From NCBI GenBank assembly GCA_951406725.2, contig OX597832.1, positions 61,504,001-61,568,000 on the forward strand: 64,000 nucleotides of DNA, in the 5' to 3' direction. Below, piece by piece: positions 56,046-64,000 of the stretch. Below the pieces are notes generated by a model that made no database searches, was not told the origin of the DNA, and was given only the letters and a program-made list of their open reading frames with translations. How positions within the stretch are numbered: the first letter of the stretch is position 1; every line of letters begins with the position of its first letter. The DNA comes from Octopus vulgaris (Eukaryota). Position numbers and translations under genes: made by a program.

Positions 56046-57060
56046 CCCGTGCTGCATTATATAAATTTTCTTGTATAAATTTAGATAGCTCCTTAACCTT
56101 TTGCCCGTCCTGATTATCCCATGTGAAAAACAGAACATATTTTCCCTGGCATCAATACATCATATGTGATACACATTCCCGATTTCTTTCGACCACCAGA
56201 ATTAACCTGGAACATAGGAAATCGTTTCATTACTCGGAACGTAGAAAACAAGGTCTAACTAAAAGTTTGAAAATAAGCATGGAAGTTTAGCACAAGCTTC
56301 TGAAAATGCTTTGAACAGGCAATTGGCTTGGCTAACATTGTTTCACTACGATTTAATATTTGGATTTTGCCAACGATTTAATCCCGTATTTAAATCTGTT
56401 TAATAAAGTAATGACCGAGTGCTAGCCACTTATTTTTTTCCTACAATTAACAAAACTGGGATGTTTCGAAATTCAAACGAATGGGACGAGTAGTCGTTCG
56501 TTTATTCTATTATTAAAAGCTTTGTTTGGAATACAACGGTTCCGAGAATATAAAATAAATAACGTCGGAGACATTTATCCGAAATGGAAGAATGTGTGCA
56601 GAATGAGATAGCATTAGTGGAGGCAGTTCTTTTTGCAACACAATAGTTTGCCAGCCGGAACTGTGGAGACGCTGACATATGCAAGAATTTACATGAGAGA
56701 CAATTTCACACCATATTAAGTAGGCTTATATAAAGGAACAAACTCAATGCTTTTCTCTCTCTTTGATGAAAATACATAATTTCTCCGTATTCGCTCTGTA
56801 CGACAGATACATGGATTTCACTCTAGAAGCAGCTCAATCCACTGTAATTTTTGTATATTACTCTTACAATTCGCTGCAATATTTCTTTTTGCACGCGCGT
56901 GTGTGGGTGTGTGGGTGGGTGTCAGATGCGTGGTTTTATAAAAAAAATTTACACGATTGTTATAACACCATTTTTTAATGAGGAGCAATCTATCTCTTAT
57001 AAAAAAAAGTGCTATGTACATCATGTTTACTATGATTTGCATCTTGGCAACATACGTCAT

Positions 57061-57126
<66 letters not shown>

Positions 57127-57322
57127 GTCTGTCTGTCTGTCTATTTTTCAACCTGTATGTTTATTTCCTCTCTTTCTATCTCTCCCAATAAATAAATATA
57201 TATATTCGTATGTGGGTGTGGATATGCATGAATGTGTGTACGTGTACGTACTCACGTACAAATATAGTTATACATAGGCATGCAAATATACATACGTTTA
57301 TTCCAACACACACACATACACT

Positions 57323-57353
<31 letters not shown>

Positions 57354-57848
57354 ACACACATACAAACACACACACACACACATATATAAACACACAGATA
57401 CATACACACAACATAGGGACATACAAACTTACATAAATATTGACTGTGAACTTGTAGCTATACAGAAAGTGCAAATAGTTTACAGAATCAATTTTCTCTG
57501 TTTATTGCCAATATCTGTATAGTACTAAAAAACTATGGTAGATCAACAGTGACATTGTTTTAATCTGTTAAATGGCCTATGTACAAAGAAACAATAATTT
57601 ATCTTTATTTTCGTTGTTTTGTTTTCTTCCACAAAAAAAACATAATATCAAAAAATATTATTGAATTTATCTTTTCCCTAGACTCTCTCTCGTTTTATTT
57701 GTGTCCAATATTCTTAGGTCTTAAAGCTTATACGATATCATATATCTCTTTATATTATAATATATGACTATATCATATTTATCTTTTATGGTTTTCCTTT
57801 CTCTTAGAGAGAAGTATCTATCGTGTTTACCTACATAGTAATCATCTG

Positions 57849-57906
<58 letters not shown>

Positions 57907-58041
57907 AGTCTGTCTGTCTGTCTGCCTGTCTGTCTCTCTACCCGTCTCTCTGTCTGAACTGCTGTATACCTACCTACCTACCTACCTTCCTACCTACCTA
58001 CCTACCTACCTACCTACATACATACATACATACATACATAC

Positions 58042-58073
<32 letters not shown>

Positions 58074-58074
58074 A

Positions 58075-58125
<51 letters not shown>

Positions 58126-58224
58126 GAATCTCTTTCTCTCTCACTCCCTCTCTCTGTATTTTTATCTATCTGTCTGCTTGTCTGTCTGTCTGTGCATCCG
58201 TCTGTCCGTCCGTCTGCCTGTCTA

Positions 58225-58317
<93 letters not shown>

Positions 58318-58629
58318 GCATCTATCTATCTAACTGTTTGTATGTCTGTCTGTCCGTCCGTCCATCAGCCTGTCTGTCTGTGTAGCTAGCTAGCTTTCTA
58401 TATATTTTTTATTTATCTATCTCACAACCAACGTACAGATATATAAACACATAAATACGCGATTGTACACTCCTACATATTCTAGCTGTCTATATACCTG
58501 TTTTGCGCCAATCTATGTTACTATACGTCTAAGTCTCCCGCTCTATCCCTCTCTTTCTCTTCCTCAATCACTTTACACACACACACACACACATATATAT
58601 ATCGATCTATGTATCAATTTTGCTAGCTA

Positions 58630-58704
<75 letters not shown>

Positions 58705-58930
58705 AACTTCGGAAAAATTAGAATGATAAAATATGTGCCAGAATGAAAATATATATTGATGATGCATTATTTATTGCCCTGAATATATTATTTATTGGCG
58801 CTCCAGCATGGGCGCTATGTAATGACAGAAAGCAGTGAAATTATACGTACGTACACACATGCGCATGCACACACATACACACACATACACACTCACATAC
58901 ACACAACCTCATATTTAAATTAAAACCATA

Positions 58931-59600
58931 CGAGGGGCGTATGAAAAATCTTGAGCCTCAAAACAAAAAAACGTAGTACAAGACTTCAGATGATTTATTT
59001 TTCAACATAGTCCCCCTCGATGGTTGAACACTTTCTCCAGCGGTGCTCAAGTGCCATTATTCCGGCGTAGAAGAACACTTTTGTCTGAAACTCCTAGAAA
59101 CCTCTTACAACGTATATGACGTATTTCTCACAGGCAAAATTTCGACAAGCCAGGGTTTTTTTTCATTTTTTGGGAATAGATGAAAGTCAGAGGGAAGTAT
59201 GTATGGCGAATAAGGCGGATGGAGAACAAGTTCGTATCCACAATCACGAATAGTTGCCATGGCAACCACTGAGGTGTAGGCTGGAGGATTGTTGTGATGA
59301 AAAAGGACTCCTCTGGTGAGTCTTTGATTGCTTCTCGGAGGCGTTTCAGTAGTCGAGAATAATACAACCCTGTCACGATGTGACCCTTTTGAAGGTAATC
59401 GATCAACAAGACACCTTGAGAATAAAAAAAAAGAACGGACACCATGACCTTACCAGCTGGAGGAATGACCTTGGTCTTCTTTGGGGTAGGAGAAGATGTG
59501 TTCTTCCACTGCTTTGATTGTTCTTTGGTTTCAGGCTAGTAGTGATTAACCCAACTTTCATCGGCTTCAAACAGTTCCAGATTGCTCGTGGACTAAGTGC
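58931..59600 (-). mobile_element. Mariner transposon (irritans/Hsmar2-like TIR), 3' half, frameshifted
   Basis: TIR TA-CGAGGGGCGTATGAAAAA; DESWVNHY*PETKEQSKQW, GKVMVSV..SQGVLLIDYLQKG, HPPYSP...SDFHLF. Confidence 0.88.
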
Positions 59601-59839
59601 ATGAGACAATTCATTTGCTCTCCATCACAATTTCTCTGCTACCGCCGTTTTCGACCAGTGAAGGTGCTTTTCTTCGGAGATATTATGTCAAGGAATATGA
59701 TGTAATAAACTAAGATGACAATTGTACGATAATAATGAAATATCAATAAAAAATGGTAAACAATATCAATATCTTAGCAAATTTAAAAGAAGTTACTTCT
59801 CCAAGGGAGTCGTACTTACTACAGGAGAGGGTGTTTTCT

Positions 59840-59966
59840 AGCTCCAGAGGCCCCGATACTCAATATGTACAAAATTTTAAGAGTTTAAAATTATGTCTGG
59901 AACATAAGTAATGTATGTTCCCAGTTTGAAGAAAATCAGTTACGAACTTCAGAAGTTATGCAGGTT

Positions 59967-60029
<63 letters not shown>

Positions 60030-60047
60030 TGTTTTATATATATAGAT
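59840..60047 (+). mobile_element. Possible non-autonomous Helitron/Helentron-like 3' end with internal (CA)n
   Basis: agtttgaagaaaatcagtt...gaagttatg-(CA)n-ttttatatatatagat is the layout of microsatellite-carrying rolling-circle elements. Confidence 0.35.
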
Positions 60048-60054
60048 AACAACT

Positions 60055-60232
60055 AAGGCGGTGAATTGGCAGAATCGTTCGCATGCCGGGCAACAATATT
60101 CCTAGTCAACTTCACCTTTCATCCTTTCTGGGTCGATGAAATATGTACCAGCTGATCACTGAGGGTCTATAAAGTCAACTTAACACTACACCCCCGCCAC
60201 CACGAACTTGCTGGTCTTGTGCCAAAATTTGG
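60055..60232 (+). mobile_element. SINE family A, internally deleted
   Basis: aaggcggtgaattggcagaatcgtt head; cctttcatcctttctgggtcgat core. Confidence 0.8.
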
Positions 60233-60492
60233 CTTATTAAGCTGGTGATGCGTGCCGAAGCCTTCGTTAAACTCCCTTTTTTGAATTATTGATAGAAATA
60301 CATATCGATAGTACCCCCTATGTGTACGCATATTCAATATCCTCAATCATGTGTCAGTGTTTCGCATCTAACTATATTGTAGGAAATACGTTCGTGTTTG
60401 AAGTTATTATAAATAAATGGGAGTGGGATATTTCTTTTCTGATACATTTTGCTATGTATCAGAAATGTATATTAATAAATAACAGACACATT

Positions 60493-60814
60493 TTAACCAT
60501 TTGCTATCATAATTCAGTTGAAATATAGTACTTTTGCTCCAATTAATTTCGAAAATCATTAAGAATTTAGTTTGCTATTATCAACCTCTTTGCCGCCATA
60601 TTTCTCTTGAAATACATTACTTTCGTGTCAGTCAATTATGAAAATAACAAAGAATTCAGGAAAATGGTTTTTGCCATTAATAAACTGGCGTCTGGAATAT
60701 AAATAATTTGCATGAAATGTTGATGGAATGGTTTTTATTCAGATCTCTTTAAGCAAGGAATTTGTATCAAAGAACCAGGAGCAGTCTTAGGCAACTTGAT
60801 ATCAGAAGGCTTAA
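60493..60814. mobile_element. Degenerate TTAA-flanked (piggyBac-like) MITE with partial 5' duplication
   Basis: ttaa-ccatttgctatc left; gatatcagaaggc-ttaa right; 60493-60570 resembles 60580-60660. Confidence 0.35.
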
Positions 60815-60853
60815 ACCAACTTTGGAATATTGAAATCCGGGCAATGCCTGGGC

Positions 60854-60919
<66 letters not shown>

Positions 60920-60922
<3 letters not shown>

Positions 60923-61138
60923 GTGTGTATGTGTGTTTGTGTGTGTGAATGTGTTTATGTGTGTGTGTGTGTGTGTGTTTCGTCTCCATAACTTGACAGT
61001 TCGGCAAAAGGGACCGATAGAATAAGTACCAGGCTTTAAAAAATATTATCACAGGGGTCGCTTCATTTGACTAAAAATTCTTCGAGGTGGTGATCCAGCA
61101 TGGCCTCAGTCAAATGACAGAAACAAGTAAAGATAAAA
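60920..61138 (+). mobile_element. SINE family B, 3' half
   Basis: ttcggcaaaagggaccgatagaataagtacc...ccagcatggcctcagtcaaatgacagaaacaagtaaa. Confidence 0.8.
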
Positions 61139-61485
61139 TATGTATATATATGTATGCCTGCATGTATGTATGTATGTATGTATGTATGTATGTATGTATG
61201 TATGTATGTATGTATGTATGTATGTATGTGCGTACGTATGTATGTATGTATGTCTGTATGTATGTATATACGTATGTATGTATCTTTGCACGCATGTACG
61301 TATGTATGTCATTATTCAAGATTTCAAGATTATTTTCTTGAAATTTCAAGATTTCAAGATTATTTTCATCCTTTTGGAGTCGATTAAATGAGTACCAGTT
61401 ACGCACTGGGGTCAATGCAATCAACTTAATTCCCCTCACCCAAGCTGCTCTTGTGGAAAAAATTTGAAATCATCATCATCATCAC

Positions 61486-61564
<79 letters not shown>

Positions 61565-61652
61565 GGTGGTGGTGGTGGTATATGATTGTTCTTATCATTA
61601 TTATCATTATTATTATTATTATTACTCTTATTATTATTATTATCATTATCAC

Positions 61653-62217
61653 TGAGTGGCAGAGCAGCGCACGCTATCAAAGCGATACGAGGGTAGAAAT
61701 ATACGAAGCACAGTATATCCATCATGACTACCTGTCTGATAACGGTACGACAGGCACATGCATCACAACCATATTTGCGTGACATGGCGATCTCACATCA
61801 AGACAAACAGCACATGACATTCCATAGGTGGGGGGTGGCAGTTACAATTTTCTTCAGGTTGAGTAGCCCATCCCGCACACGGGACCCTGAATAAGGGGCG
61901 TTTAAGGATTATAAACGAAACACCCGTGTTTCCATAGGAGAATTTTTCAAGACCCCCAAAGAATAGCTCTCAACACATGGCTATGATGCCCCACCACTAA
62001 TTCTGCCCGTGATCTGAGATGTAAATATCGTCGGCCAATAAGGGACATGCTCAAGTGGCCAACGCAAAGCAACTGACAAGCAAATCTGTGGTATTGAGCA
62101 GAATATTTGCTGTAAACCATCTTTTATACCAAGACAAAACACGTACATGTTAACTCTTGCGATCAGTTAAGATTAGAGGCCATTAGAGACACTGACTGTT
62201 ACTGCATCATGGCGTTC
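61653..62217 (-). mobile_element. Family D element, flanked by (ATT)n and (ACT)n
   Basis: Colinear with 48915-49467. Confidence 0.85.
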
Positions 62218-62218
62218 A

Positions 62219-62269
<51 letters not shown>

Positions 62270-62713
62270 AACACCGTACTAACATCATTAATGTTGTTTA
62301 AAGCATATAAATACGATACAACCATTAAATAATTTTCACGTACCGCGCTCTTTGGTAATCATTTTACATACATGTTCATATTTTCCACTTACACACACGC
62401 ACAAGCGACTATATATGGACATGTTTATGTCTGTTTGTTTGGGTATCTGTGTATTCATATATATGTATGTTTATATATGTGTGGATGTGTGTGTGTGAGT
62501 GTGTGTGTGTATGCATGTATGTCTATGTGTGCATGTATTTATCACACAGTCTAATCAAATTGGAGTACTTATTAAATTTACGCTCATTAAACCGAATCTT
62601 TAGATGCGCATTTTAATCAGTCAGTGTACATATATAGATATGTGTGTATATATATATATGTGGGTGTGTTTCTGTCTCTGTGTATGTGTGTGTTTCTGTG
62701 TACAGAGAAAGAA

Positions 62714-62773
<60 letters not shown>

Positions 62774-62903
62774 GGTGAGAGAGGGATAGAGAAAGACATA
62801 GAGGAATGGAGAAAGATAAATAGAAAGACAGATAAATTGTGGGTATGTGTGTTCAGAAACACAAACCTATTTAGACGTATACATGCATTCACACATACAT
62901 ACA

Positions 62904-62937
<34 letters not shown>

Positions 62938-63670
62938 CGTACGTACATACATACATACATACATACGTATACATGTATATATATGTCTATATGTGTACTC
63001 CACCTCACAACCACACGCACACATATACACATATATATATATATAGTTATTTATATGTATGTATATAAGTAGATGTGCATATGTGTATGTGTGCGTTAGT
63101 GCATGTGAGCATAGAGACCGGTGTGTGTGTGCGTGTGTGTGTGTGGAAGTACTTTGTCTTTTATTAAGAAGCATTGACTAGAACTGCCACAGCCGTTTCC
63201 ATGCATAATATTCACACACACTCACATTCCACACTATCTTACACTTGTATGAACACACACACAACCACATACACACATACACAAACGCATAAACACACTC
63301 GTACAAACAGTAATCCTCAGTCCGCGACATCTATAATTACGCACAAACACAAACATATAAACACACACATACAAACAGACAAATGCGCACACATGCACAG
63401 GAACACTTACACAGCTACACACAGATACACCCAAATACCCCTGCAAACACCAAAGTGTACAGAGGCAAGTCATTAAAAGTATTTCCAGTCTGTATCAATA
63501 ATATAATAAATGGTTTCACTAAATAATTTATTTAATTTCCAACAAAATTGTCTTCAGTTGTCGATTAAATTTTTAATTTATCTCTCTATATGTATGCCAT
63601 GCAATTTAAAATTACGCATGTAAAGCGCAGTAATATGTGTATCTATCCATCTCTCTTTTCTCTCTCGCTT

Positions 63671-63751
<81 letters not shown>

Positions 63752-63829
63752 TTATCTATATTTATGTACCTATCTAGTTATGCATCTATGTATTTATTTA
63801 TATATCCGTCTGGTTTTCCTTTGTCTGTC

Positions 63830-64000
<171 letters not shown>

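Overview
AT-rich eukaryotic DNA saturated with microsatellites ((AT)n, (CA)n, (CATA)n, (TATC)n, (AAT)n, (CAT)n). The repeat families look like a cephalopod (Octopus-like) genome, which is an inference from pattern recognition. I found no host protein-coding exon, and almost all ORFs in the track are microsatellite translations, so the window is probably intronic or intergenic. Recognisable content is transposable elements: three mariners, one Tc1, one hAT remnant, several MITEs, CR1-like and RTE-like LINE 3' fragments, a Penelope-like GIY-YIG 3' end, and about 30 copies of at least three tRNA-derived SINE families. The most notable signal is about 11 minimal type-I hammerhead-ribozyme-like motifs (CUGANGA-N-stemII-GAAA-palindromic stem III-NUH) in several short repeat families. 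They include non-canonical cores (CUGUUGA, CCGAYGA, a G3-C8 covariant GUGAACA) and inverted pairs. One lies downstream of a Penelope GIY-YIG ORF end and a tRNA-like pol III head. Boundaries were set by eye and may be off by 10-20 bp for degenerate copies.
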